A DNA stretch of 60,636 bases, filler included, from Sphacelaria rigidula (lineage: Eukaryota): NCBI GenBank assembly GCA_964200075.2. It is 5 parts of 5 records of this genome, joined end to end, with 100 filler letters (N's around TTAATTAATTAA, not from the genome) between each part and the next. Parts side by side here need not be neighbours in the genome. Positions count along the whole stretch, not along the records: positions 1 to 12,048 come from CAXNAA020004195.1; positions 12,149 to 24,196 come from CAXNAA020004196.1; 3 more parts are not named here. One strand, 5' to 3'. Under the pieces are notes generated by a model. The model searched no databases. It was given only the letters and a program-made list of their open reading frames with translations, and was not told the origin of the DNA. This document shows, piece after piece, positions 1 through 12,674 of the stretch (position 1 is the first letter of the stretch; the number at the start of each line of letters is the position of its first letter). The translations under genes were made by a program, and so were the position numbers.

Positions 1-941
1 CACCGAGGTTAGTGCAATCGTCCACCCCCCTCTCTCCGCCCCCCCCCCCCCCCCCCCCTGCGGGTACGGCGTGGATTCCTGAGCACGGGCACATCAGTTT
101 GGCCTTTCTGATTCGCGGTCAACTCGCGGAGGCAGCATGAGAATGAAACAGAAATACAGAAGTACTGTCTGTTGGGGGACAAACTGCGGAAAACGAGCAG
201 GCAGGTAAACATTTGCCCGAGTAGCGATACGAGTGCAGGACGGTGTTGCGCAGTCGGCGCTGGGGTGAATGCCTTGACAGATTTAGTGTGATGAAAATGT
301 TGAATCGGCATCACTTTCATTTAAAAAGTGAAATAAAGGCTCATGTACAATTAATTGCTCATACATCATGTATCCATATCCGGGCGTCCAAGGGCTACCT
401 AAAACACTGAGACGCATGAATGGCCTGCAGTCAAGTATGCTCCCGAACAGGCCATCATCAACCCGGGCGCCATGATAGAATGTTCAACGCTCGACTTTGC
501 AAAAAAACACACCCACAAACAAGGGTGTTCGTGACTCGAAAACCCGAGCCCTCAACATGACATTTGAAATTTGATGCTTCAGGGGGGGATGGAGCGGGTG
601 TTGAGGTGTGTTGGGGGGTAATTTCCCGCAAATGTTAGTTCTCTATCATCTGTAGCAAAGTCATTTGCCGGAAATGCTGACATTGTGGTCGCGAGGAACG
701 CCCCCCTCCGTCCACATACCGAATGTCACCCAAATGCCCCCCACGAAGCACATGGAAATGGAGGCACCCCACCCTACCGGATCATGATAGGGAGCTGCAC
801 CGTCGTTGGTGGTTTGGAGGCCGGTGAAGCTCGTCAAGCAACTCCATCGGTAACAGTAAAAAAAAAGTTCGACAATAATGCTCGCCGCTGTTGACCGTAC
901 GGGCCTCATTTCATGACATGAAATGCTGCGTTTCTGGACAG

Positions 942-1332
942 GAGCACAAGGCCATTCAGCCAACATCAGGCTCGGGCGCAGAGGACGCACTGCACTATCT
1001 CTGCGAAGAGTCGGACGTACATCAACGCTGAAACCGTGGCAACGTACTGCGTGTACTTTCGGCAACTCTTTGGGGGCCCTAGAACTTGAAATCCCTCCTC
1101 CAGCGGAGGAGGAGGGCAGGGTTTTTGAAATTTCAATTACCATCACCCTCGTCTCAACCGTTTCGCCTTCGTTTGGCGGTTGGGTTCCAAAATGTCCGTT
1201 GCATTGTGTTGTTACTGTTGTATCAAGTGTCAAGCTCTCGCACCTGGCGGCTGTCGGAGGACTTGTTACCTTTCATCGCACACAGTTTCTGCCTCGAGTT
1301 GATAGTCCTCCTCACCGTCGCTCCAGCTATAC
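942..1332 (+). CDS. Probable internal exon of an unidentified gene
   Basis: Open frame bounded by a ctggacag acceptor and a strong AC|gtaagt donor. No recognisable domain. Confidence 0.3.
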
Positions 1333-1655
1333 GTAAGTACGACAACTGCTTGAGTTACTCGTACCCCACTCCCCCCCCCCTCCTCCGCAGGCGCGCGGGT
1401 TCCTGATTGCAGTCCAACCGGAAGGCTCGCCGGTCTGACGCTGGCTGCGAAACCCCCTCTCTTGCTGGTGACCGTAAAGCACAGCTGTAGCGTAGAAGGT
1501 ATGCCTTGCTTGTTTGAGCTTTAATCTAAATTCACCGTCCACGCCCCACCTTGAAAACAGCAAGGTTGCATACAATCGACGCAAGTGACAGACAATATCT
1601 ACACCGCACTGGCGATAATGGATATATACTTACGACAGGCTGAACGTGGACAGAA

Positions 1656-1804
1656 CAATGACAAGATTTCTACAAAATTTACAAATGACTACTTTCAACG
1701 CGACAGGACAGGCCGGGCACCTTCACATCTTCAGGACAATGACAACATTTGTACAAATTGACAAATGACTACTTTCAACGCCACAGGACAGGCCGGATCA
1801 CCTT
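1656..1804. repeat. Tandem duplication of an ~80-bp unit
   Basis: Two copies of acaatgacaa..acaaatgactactttcaacgc.acaggacaggccgg..caccttt-like sequence, starting at ~1656 and ~1736. Confidence 0.85.
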
Positions 1805-3599
1805 GGTTTCGGCTATCATAAATGCAAGAGCAAAGAGAGCGGGCAGAACTGAGCGCCTCACAGGGGAGGTTGGGGGGGGGGGTGTAGGTACGAGATCGGA
1901 GGACTGGCGGGATCAATCGAAAAATCTGATCGCTGCAGCCGTAGTGGTGACGTGTTGACGTGCGGAAAAGGAGAGGAATAGTCTTGCCGACGGTACCCTT
2001 TGAAGCCCAGTATGGTGAGCTTGAGTTGTACTACAACAGTAGTGGTGTACTGTCCATCTGTACGAGCATTTGAGATATTGTACCACTGTCGGCTGATTGT
2101 GTCGGGTAACTTTTTCGTCTGTATCATGACGGGGAGGGGCGGGGGCAGAAGTGATTATCGTGGACAGGAGGTGTGTCTTAGGTTATTGTCTTCAAACAGT
2201 CTGTGAAGTAGCGGGCGCTGCGAACGGTGTCGCTTTTCCCCTGGTAGTTCGAGCTTTTGAACCATGGGACACTTGTCTGTCGTGAAGACGCCAGGTGGCG
2301 GCTCAAATCATACCGTCCGTCTTTTCTGCACCTTTCTTCGCGTCAACCCGATCAGGGGAGACTTGAAAGAAGCATAGCTGTGTGCAGTTGGTCACTCGGC
2401 CCTGAAATTGAAAGCAGACGTTGGCATGTTTTGTGGGTATAAGCCAGCGAAGGATGTCTTGTTCTTCGGTGTTCATGTTGGCCGACAGATGGAGTTTCAT
2501 TCCTGTCTGCCCTTCACCTTTCGCTAGAGTTTGTTTCACACTGCTACTGTGCTGTACTGTTGTAGTCAACACGCGAAAGCGCACGGCTTTGGGTGGGACA
2601 TGAAGATTTACTCATGGCGGTGGCACGCAGATTGTGGCCTTGATAGTGCGGAATAAATTCGTCATACTACTCCTTACACTCAGTACAGTGCACTGTACAT
2701 GTAACATGATAAGTCCATCTGCCTCAAAGCTTCACTTTACCCCCTCTTGCTTGTACTAGCAGTCAACTACTGCCTGTACTATGCCCGCGGTGTGGAAGTG
2801 CAGTCGTGGAAACTCCGGTCCATCCGGCAGATTTCCATTATTATAAAAGTGACTCTCCGTTGGTGGGAAGAAAAAAATCATGTCCGTACTGATTATATCT
2901 GTAATATACAACCTGGACAGGAGACGGAGACGGAGAGATCGAGGAACGACGATTACAACTTAGCTCAGCACATATATTCAATGTACATCAGTAGATGCTG
3001 AAGATGCCCTGTCAGTTACCCGGCCAATCTAGGCTTTTGCTCTCCATGCGTTTTTTTTTTTCAAAAAGATCATGCGTCTTGCTCAAAAAGGGTCATTTTG
3101 AAGCGGAAACCCCGCCGAGGCGTTACAATTACTTGATTTTAGTGTAGAAGGACCAAAACAAGAACGCTTAAATTTATGGAAATTGTGCGGAAGCTTGGAA
3201 AGCAAAAGTCTAGCCCCATCCTGCCAAGCACTCCCGATTCAACACCCTGACGCCATATTTATTTATTTTCTATTATTTGTCGCACTGTGAGCCCCTCCCC
3301 TTCCTCGGGATGAATCCGTGGTCTCGAGGGATCAACCCATCTCTCCCCAGTACACGCCTTGCATTTTGGTCTCGCGGATTGGATCATGACCATCAGCACT
3401 CCCGCACCGCGTAAACGCACATCAAACAAACTCAGCCGACTACTTTGTTTACTCACGTTCTCACGATTTCCACGGTGGAAATCACCTGCTGTGTGTGTGT
3501 TGTAATGTGATCCCATTTATTCTGGGCGCCAGTCTACCCCTTTCGAGATATGTGGGCGCATCAGCCGGGGTCACACAGGAGGAAGGTCAACACAGAAGC

Positions 3600-3859
3600 T
3601 TTTTTTTATTTATTCATTTTAAGTATGCTACCTTCCTTCTGCGGTGCTTGCCTTTTTATTTTTCATCGCGAGAGGGGTTCAGCAGTCCCTTTCCCTCGTC
3701 GACCGTTAAGTCGAATGTTGTGTACCCACGACATAGTCGCTCTCCACTGCTGGGCATGGTAAATGACAAAAAAATCCCAGATAGCTCCGGGAATCGAACC
3801 CCACAACTCAACCATGAGGAGGTTACGAGGTTACCAACTGAGCTACCGGGGCGACCGGC
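3600..3859 (-). mobile_element. tRNA-derived SINE
   Basis: Minus strand begins with a tRNA-like head (gccccggtagctcagttggtaac A-box; ggggttcgattcccgg B-box), followed by an unrelated body ending aaaatgaataaataaaaaaaa. Confidence 0.75.
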
Positions 3860-3865
3860 AAATAT

Positions 3866-3969
3866 TTGCAATAGAAAATATACTGCGTATAGTATAGGCC
3901 TATGGAATGGTCGCTTGACAACAGTTGCAATAGGCCTATACTCGACGCAATAGATTTTTTCTATTGCAA
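3866..3969. repeat. Imperfect hairpin (~38-bp stem)
   Basis: ttgcaatagaaaatatactgcgtatagtataggcctat pairs with ataggcctatactcgacgcaatagattttttctattgcaa. Confidence 0.8.
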
Positions 3970-6751
3970 CTACTTCAACTGTTGACCATGCATCGTCCAG
4001 GATGTGGTCTTTTTGCGTTTGAATTCAAACCCGGGCACGTGTATAATATACGCTGCAACCCAACAGCAGACATAAGGACATGTTGGACCGCACCCCTCAT
4101 GAGCCAGCTTCAGATCATGAGCAACCGGTACTCACAATAACAGTCTTGCGCTAAAATTAAAAACAAACAAACAATTGTTTCGGAATAGAATTGGAGCTCT
4201 TTTCATCCCCTCGCGCACTGCTGCAACACCCAACCCCTGATCTAGACGCATAGGCTTGTTGATTGTGGTCTACATAACATGTTAACCGAAGTTTCAGGCG
4301 ACGACCGCGCGCGCACGACCGTGCCTCCTCCCCTGAGCATCTCTACAGTCGATACCGGAATGACTTTTCTACAGATTGTCATCATCCAGAGGGTGTGCCA
4401 GTACTCATCTATGATATGGAAGTGAGTGCACCACCATGTCCACATGTGCACTCACACACGGTACACGGAATCTTGGCTGCGAGATAGTCGTTATGAGGGC
4501 CTATCGACGGTATATCGGTATTCGCTTGGTTAAATTTGCTCATTGGTCGAAAGGAGCTTAGTGCACACACTGCCTGTGTTGTGTCCAACTAGTGCGCCAA
4601 GTTTCATGGTGGTGCCTTCGCGCGCAGTCGAGAAATAAACAAGCAAAGTTTCCGTACAAAAATGCAATGATTTTTGTATGCGCGCCAAGTGCAGGCAGTC
4701 ACAAATACAGGGTTGGCATTCCGGTATATTTCTGTTGTTCTTTTTCTCGCAAGATTGATGAAGTCTCAAAAGACTGAAGGTCCATCTCGCTTCGAAGGTT
4801 GTCCCATAATCTCATGCTCTCAAGTTCACTTCCATGTTAGGCAGGAGGCATTCATCCTACACAAGCGTCATTGACCGTAGATACCGCTCGCCGTTTGTAC
4901 GGCTTGCCGCAGGTGTGATGCTTTGGTTTGGGTGGTGAGTCGTATGGGTGGGATGACCAATGTGCACAAACTGCGATGGGTATTCCTCCAAAAACAAAGA
5001 GGATGGCACACAGAGATATCTCGAAAGTATAGACACGCATTGTACGAACACTGAGTCATGTCCCATTCTGGCATTCGAACGGGGAGCGCACAGACTCACT
5101 CGCATTTTCCTTGTCGCTACGGTTTACTTTTGCCGCACGCTTGTGGCAATAGCATGACTTGTGCACGGTTAGGACGAATCATCACGGGTTCGCATCACCA
5201 AATCTACGATTTCTTCGGCCTGGTTGCCCAAAAGGGAGAAAAAAGTTGACCGCTGGTCCAAGGGGTATCCACGTAACTTTTGCGCCATTCCTCATGTCTG
5301 GGCTGCGTGTACCTGGGTTGTAACGCTGAAAACAAAGCCGAGGGATTGATTCGTACGATTTCCACTCAAGCCAAGAAATTTCCAGACAAATCATTGATTT
5401 GTCCGACCCTTGGACTTGTGCAACCCCAACATATTGTCTTCCCTTCTGTCCAAAAAATACAATCCAACCATCCATCCATCCATCCTCAATCAACCTTTGA
5501 TTAATTAATTATTTAATTAAAACATTATTTTGCGGTGTTAGCCTTTATATTTGATCTATTGTAGTGCTCTTGGCCTCACACAATCACGAGATACTTACGG
5601 GTGCAGGTGTGCCTTCACCTCAACCTTCTTTGTTTTTTACCGGCAAGGAGGAGCATGTCAAGACGTTGGGCGCCGGTAACTATTGATGTCTGTGCGTGCT
5701 GACTACACAGGGCAAGTAGAGTTTTCCTCGGGTGCTTTGTGAGGACGAAATACATTGTTCCCTCTGGGGGGAGCTGTTGAGCATAAGTAAGATCCGTTCT
5801 AAACGAGCAAACGAATGCAATAAAAAACAAGATTGTAATATGGTGTATTCACCTCACAACAACCTGCTCCAGCTTGAGAGGTCGAAGTCTGTGGGGCCTC
5901 CCTGTACAGAACACTTACGTTATAGGAGGAGTTTATTTTTTTCACCGTTTTTTTTGCGCGTGAGGCAGCCAGTCACGCCGTTCCATGCGCTTGAGTTGAC
6001 ATTAGCAATCCGTCAAATCAGGCACATTGTACTTGTTTCGTAACTGGGCACAACACTGCTGTTGTACTATCAGAGTTGGTTTCGGGCTTATGCAATGAAA
6101 ACGCATCAAGTCCGCCTCGGCGCTGTGACGTTTTGTAAAGTTGCGTTACGTTTGTTTGTTGTACATTCACGGGAAGGATATGATCCCGTCGAAGCTTTTG
6201 AGACGGATCGGGCCACCCATGACCTCAAAATTGTGTTCTTGTCCATCAGCGTGAGGGATGTGTGCGTTTCATGTTTGACGTCGGAGGTTCCGTGTGCACC
6301 CGTCAAGCTGTTTTGCGATACTCGTAGAACGCTGGTATAATCCCATGACTCGAAGCTTCTACTCGGTGACTTGTGAAACGGCAGTCTCTCGCAGCAACAT
6401 AAAGCTGGTTTGCGCGCATGTGGGTGGTGAACACGGAAGCAGCGACGATCTTCGTCTTCCATCTTCCCTCGTTCCTCATTCGTCGTCCCACACCACTTCA
6501 TTTTTCTCCGCAGTGACGACCAGACATTTCACTCCACCCATGAGATATATGAATGTATGTATACGTCAATCGTTGGCACAGATGTTGATACTCCACGAGT
6601 GCTGCCGTTTGCCCTCGATATCTGGGGTCCATTGTGCAGCATCCAGCCTCGAAACGCGCGGTGTTCGTCGTCACCCCATCACCGCCCTACATGGCCGTCC
6701 CCGTGTACGAGCTGGTTCAGATTGAACGCCCAAAATTCATTCCCCGGGAAA

Positions 6752-7830
6752 TTCTTACGCCGGTTTTTCGAGTTAGACCACGAAAAATTGCCCACATGTT
6801 CTTGAGGGCACTATCTAAAACTCGAAGACCGTATCTTTTTTTTTCGGTGTCGAGATTGTCGGGATTTGACCCCTCCCCCGGTCAAGTAGGTCAACCGCGA
6901 CCTTGGATAAAAAGTCACCAACAAAAACAAAAACAAAAACACCGGTCTTCGAGTTTCAGATAGTGCCCTCAACAACATGTGTGTAAATTTTCGTGGTCTA
7001 ACTCAGAAAAGCGGCGTGAGGAAATCGCGAAACGTGCGCTGAAGTATAAAAAAGACCGCCGGCGCCCCTAATTACTTGATTAAAGTATAAAGTGACAATT
7101 CTACCGGGGTTTTTTGGCTTGCACGCGCTGTTCTACTCGAGATTTTCGAGTTAGGTCATGAAAATTCACACTAATGTTCCCTGGGATACCACTAACTCTA
7201 AGGTGTCGAAATGTTGGGGGTTGAGGCATTCTTTATCGGTTTCCGGGGATCTTCATGCTAGGACCCCAGGAAACCGGTGGAGAACGAAGAGGCTTTGAAA
7301 TCTTGCCAAGAATGCACTTCTTCCACTTGAAGCATCAATACGTACGAAACTGCCAAGTTTGAGGATGATCTGAGCTTTTCTGCAACAGTTGAAGGAGAAA
7401 TCGTCACGAGACTTCGAGGGGCTTTCGTACACATCATGAGAGGAAGTTAGACGACGCCAAAGCTCCACATCACCGAAACATCACGGTTCTGGGCGAAATT
7501 CGACCCCGTTGGAACCGTTTTCAACTCTGTTCCTCCCGTTAGATTCCCAGGCTGATGACTACTACGAGTTGAACCATGTGGAGATTCGGTGGAAATTGGG
7601 CTTGGAATTCGTGTTTTCAATTTCGGACCAATTTGGAGGGCGCTGATGGGTCTAGACATACTTTCATCCATAGCGCCACCGCTATAGCCTTGAACGAAAA
7701 TATGGCCGTGTCACCATTTTTGCCTGTTCATTGCGATCAGTATGGTACCACATTTGTGCATATTGGCTGGGTATTGCGTTCGTCATCAGCCGGGGAAATT
7801 TTTTTGGGTATTCAATCTGAACCAGCTTGT
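6752..7830. mobile_element. Dispersed foldback-type repeat (family shared with 32500-33730)
   Basis: ~80-bp inverted arms at 6752-6831 and 6943-7023, a third partial module near 7140, and 7578-7715 is clearly homologous to 33476-33612. Confidence 0.7.
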
Positions 7831-8161
7831 GTCGCTGTTGCGTGTGTAACACCTGCTTGATCCTTCGCCCTTCCTTTCCCCCAGCCCCCGTAGAGTTCCT
7901 GTGTCGGCGGCTGTCTTGCTCTTACCTTGGATTATCAAACGGACTTCAGATTGAAATGGATCAGAGCTACCTTTGGCTCAATTTGCCTCATCCTGGGGGG
8001 GGCGACGGGTGACGGTGTAGTACGGTGTGGATAGCTCGTACGGCACACAACAATACAGGAGTACCGACCCTCGGGTGAGACGGGAGCTGCCAAGAGATCG
8101 AGATTCGAATTACCCTTTCCCCCCGCCCCCCGTTTTGCTTCGTTGTTTTGATACGGAATAG

Positions 8162-9807
8162 GTTAAGGGCGCGGCCCTACGAGATGAATTCTCGTGCCCG
8201 ATCACGCGCGAGCTGATGAGGGATCCTGTGATAGCTGCCGACGGCCACACGTACGACCGAGAAGCCATCGAAATGTGGCTGAGAAATCACGACACATCGC
8301 CCAAGGTATGTATCATGTAGATACAGTTGGCAGTACAGTTTTGATGAAACTCACAACAGGTGTCGCTGCGGTCTGTACGCGCGGGCGGGTTCTGTGTGCC
8401 AGTATTCAGTATCTGACCTCTGACTTTCGGGGGCCATGACCCAGAAACCTGGGTAAATACCCGGTTACTTCCATTCTCGAATTTTGTGTTGCGATGGTCC
8501 GATCTCCAAACTTCGACCCAAACATGATCGGGGGAAAGTTAGGCATGATCGCATGATTCTAGCCAGTATCTGGACATTATTGTTGTACGATCTTGGTGCT
8601 CTGCTGAAGTGTTGGGTGCTTGAGAGCACGATTTTTCACAATACAGTACCCAGATGTATGAAATCCCCTTCCCAACATACCCTTTGAATGTGGGTGACCT
8701 CGTAGCCCAGTAAAGAGCTCCTTACCCCAGCTCCCGAAATGTGGGTTTGGATAAATCTCATAATAGTTTTTACTTTGAACCATATTCGGATCCATTCAAG
8801 GGCTCAGAGTCTCGAGGGCTCGCCTAGGGTGCCTTGCTTGCGCTCTGGCTCTCCTTTTCAGTTCTGTCGACGTACGGTTTCCCAAGGGTACTGGATGTTT
8901 CCCCCTCGCCCGAGGGTCCCCAGTGTGCCTTGAGTGAAGATGTGGGTTAAGGTTGGCATTGATTCGGATAAAACGAAGAAGAAAGTATACTCGAAAAAAA
9001 TGAGTTTGAGAGGGAAGCGGGAAGGGTAGAGGATGACCACGTGGAGACGGAGCGATGTCTTTGCGAGTCAGTTCGCCCCTCCACCACCAGGGTGGGTCAT
9101 GTGTTGAATCGACCTCAATTCACTTCAACAAGGAGGTGAGATCAAAATGCCCACGCTGACGGTTGAAGGGTTAATGAGCTGACTCTGAAAGCTACAGGGA
9201 GTTGCGTTATATAATGAGTGATGATCAAACTAGTGCTGACGTGTCGTAATACCGTCAACGTCTGTAGAGTTGACACGGCGTCCACAACACGCCCGTCTCG
9301 ACAAAAGCGCGCTCCGCCGAAATCGAATAAGCTCTGCCAGCGTAGTTAGACAATTTGTTCGACCAAGATGGCCGATATAGTCCAGATTGCCCCCTCTGCC
9401 TTGGCCACGTAACTGCATACGTCAGGCTGCAACGTGTGCATGCTGTACTTGGAGGAAGTACTAGTCTAATGCATTCTCCGTGCCCTTCCCGTATTCTGTG
9501 CGAAAAAAACAAACAGACGGGGCAACCGATGGAGCACCTTTCCTTGGTGCCCAACCTCAACCTCCGCCGGCTTATCAAAGACCTGCTCAACGAAGGAGGC
9601 GAGGGACTTTACGTTCAGAACGTGGACGCAGACGGCAACGGCGCGGAGGGTGGTCATAAGAAGAAGCGGGGAGGGAGTAGGAGGACCTCGGGGGAAGGTC
9701 GAGGGGAACGGGACGATAGCGGTGCGACCGGAACTGATAGTAGTGGGCACTATACTGGAAGGGAGTACAAATACGCTCTCGTAGCGGAGCACATCCTGGT
9801 ACTCAAG
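8162..9807 (+). CDS. U-box domain E3 ubiquitin ligase, partial (exons 8162-8305, 9517-9807)
   Basis: Spliced translation [61 protein letters not shown] is a canonical U-box. Phase-0 GT-AG intron. Confidence 0.9.
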
Positions 9808-9974
9808 GTGCGTGTGTGTCTGTCCCGTGTGTCTAGAAATGAACGCTTATGTCTTTTGTTCTCCAGGAATAAATCGTGTGTGTGGAATGTGGAATGTGGA
9901 ATGTGAAAAATGGCACAGTTTTCGAGTCTCGTGTTTTCTTTTGGTGTTGAATGCAAGTAAAGACGTCGAAAGTA

Positions 9975-10523
9975 TAGTGGTTGGCGGTCTAACTATTCAT
10001 TTTGTGGCATTTTGTGATTTTTTCGTAATTGGCGATTTTCTTGGGCTCTTTCCGCTTGCCACCGCTCATCACATCGGGGATCTGAAGATATTTGTTTCCG
10101 CTCCAAATTTCAAGAAGAAAAAATTATATGTACTCAATATTGAGTGACTTACGGGCCGACCGGTCATCGGGGGTCCTTGCCACGTTTCAGCCCAGACTTT
10201 ACTCTTCTCTGTTTTCGGTCGATCGAGCCCGTCTGATTATAGTTGTGAAGAAATGTATGTTTCATTTTTTTGAAATGATGCCTACTCAGTGCACTAGGGT
10301 CAAAGACCTGTGTTCCACGGTCAATAACATCCTCCTGCTGAACGGGGTATTTACTCGTTTCGCCCGATAACACCAACATACACTGACTTAAGCACTGTGT
10401 TTCGAGGATGATCTGTTGTGTTGTACCGAAATTTACCGATGCTAGCAATTTCGACTTCTATCGAAGAGTAGTACGCGAGGAAAACCCCACAACACCCCTA
10501 AATAATTAGACCGCCCACTACTG
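9975..10523. mobile_element. MITE with Tc1/mariner-like ends
   Basis: Left end TA-tagtggttggcggtctaactatt; right end aataattagaccgcccactactg-TA. ~23-bp imperfect TIRs with TA on both flanks. Confidence 0.6.
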
Positions 10524-12048
10524 TATTGCTATGATCATATATTTTTTTCTCCCCGCTATTTGAGTGTCGGCGACGACACAACGCTGACTATATGTTGTTC
10601 GACACTTTATGTGTTCTTCTGCCAGGAGACAGTCGTCAGCAGTAGAGCAGAGTAGAGCAGTCAGGCGGCACCGATCTCGCCCGTCTTCCTCTTCCTCTGC
10701 CGTAGCCTCGTCGTAGCCTCTATCGGTTGTGAAGGGTTTACATGTTATATGTACTCTCTCAGCTGAGGCTACTCAGCTGGTAGTACACGACTGCCGTGCA
10801 GAAAGTACACGAAGTACATTGATGGCACACTCCCCAATCTACACGGGACGTACGAATGTGGGGAAGGAGTGCAGAGGGGTTACCTTCAGGAATCAAAGAC
10901 TTTTCGGATGACTCGATAATGGCGAAATCAACCTCCACAAGGACTTGGGTGGAATGCTCGGTACCGATCGACTGCCTAATACAGTACATTTGCATTTTCG
11001 AGCCATTTTCCGTGTTCGTACAGTAGGGGAGGGCGAGGATGCGGGAGGGAGAAACAAGTTTCCTGTCGAGCACGGCATGTATGCTAAACACACACGGAAC
11101 AGAGGAGAAGAATTTGTGTTGAACGTGTTGCTTCCCGTAGTTTCGAATCTGGTGAAGCGAACAGTAATGACACTGACTAACTGTTGTTGTCGATACTAGC
11201 CTCGTTGCCGCTACTGTGCGTATCATATGTCCACAGTAGGTTGTTTAGTCGACCTGATGGGTCGATCGTTTGACTGGTTGATTTCGTTGCGTTTTCACTG
11301 ATTCCCGAGTAGTCCAGCCGTGGTAACACGGTTGACCTACCCGCGGTAAACAGAACGGTATCACTCGCTGATAATGATAGTAATGGTGATGATGATGATG
11401 TAGACAACACTCGAAAAAGGGTAAATATGAAGACAAGAAGATAGCCTACAGCTACGGTAGCCCAACTCAACAATGCTTGGTGAGAGGGAGTCGGGAGAGG
11501 GGCGGCACTTTTTTTCCCAGTGGAGGGGAGGTTGACGTTGCCGGTAGCATATACTTTCAGGGAATTGCCTGCGCTTTGCGGCGGGAATTCGAGAGGCTGA
11601 GATTGTCGATTGGTCGATTGATGATTCGTTGGTCAGTGGATGGACGGATTGGTAGATTCAGCGTCTAGTATTGACTGACCTGCCACAAACAAAGCAGCAG
11701 TCAGAAGTCAGGTGCGGGGAGGAGGATAATGAACGGAAACAGTTAATCATAGTAATATACGTACAAGAAACAACAGCAAACACAAAATGAAAGCAGGAAA
11801 ATAAAGGAAAGAAAACAGGGAGGGATACGTGACACACGTGGCACATTTGAAAAAAACGGAAAAAACGTTACTTTGGGCCGTTTAACGCTGCGTCAGGTTT
11901 GATTTTTTGGACGGGGCAAATGCAACGTAACGTGATGTAACATGTGGACCTTGAAGCAGTGTCTCTCGGTATTTTCCAAATGTAAGAAAAGGCTATTTTT
12001 GTTAATTTTTAACGTGACACGTGACACGTGACATATTCACGAAAACAA

Positions 12049-12148
12049 NNNNNNNNNNNNNNNNNNNNNNNNNNNNNNNNNNNNNNNNNNNNTTAATTAA
12101 TTAANNNNNNNNNNNNNNNNNNNNNNNNNNNNNNNNNNNNNNNNNNNN
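12049..12148. other. Artificial contig linker
   Basis: N44-TTAATTAATTAA-N44 (stops in all six frames). Confidence 0.99.
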
Positions 12149-12674
12149 AGGGATGCGTGGTCAATGGTCAAACAACTAAGGCAAGCAACAAATGAGTACG
12201 CCCCCCGCCCCCGCTCCCCCATCATCATAGCATCACTGTTAGCTGTGCAGCGACGAGTATCTGATGACTCCCTGTAAGCGTATATATATATATGTGTGTG
12301 TATCGGTGAGGAAACACAGGGCACAGGAGCAACAAGCGTTAAACTATTCCCGCGAAAAATAAAATTCATTCACAGGGCGCGTTCGCCGATAAGCATAACG
12401 AAGTCGTCGCAGATAGTAGCCTAACTCGCCGTAAGCTTAGAGGCAACAGAGTAAGATTTACACGTGCAACAAACGAGGTCACGTGAGACACGCGACCACT
12501 CTAGCGCCTGTCGTTGCAGCTTCTGAACCAGTGATGCAGTAACAGCGCACAATAGCTTCTGGTATGTTTGTACAAGCCGTCACCTGAACGCCAGTTGCTG
12601 ACAATTTTGCTACCATAACGAACCCCGACGCCAACAGGATGCCCCAAACCTCGCAACATGCAACGTCTCTTCAC

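Noticed and set aside
1656-1804. CRISPR-like direct repeats
   Set aside because: Only two adjacent ~80-bp units with no spacers, in a eukaryotic context.
3775-3859. Possible tRNA gene on the minus strand
   Set aside because: A and B boxes are present but there is no proper acceptor or anticodon stem; it runs into a SINE body and A-rich tail.
10759-11226. Possible minus-strand exon near 10880-10971
   Set aside because: Plausible splice sites, but no recognisable domain or partner exon.
12093-12104. Repeated palindrome TTAATTAATTAA at regular spacing
   Set aside because: Artificial linker inside N runs.
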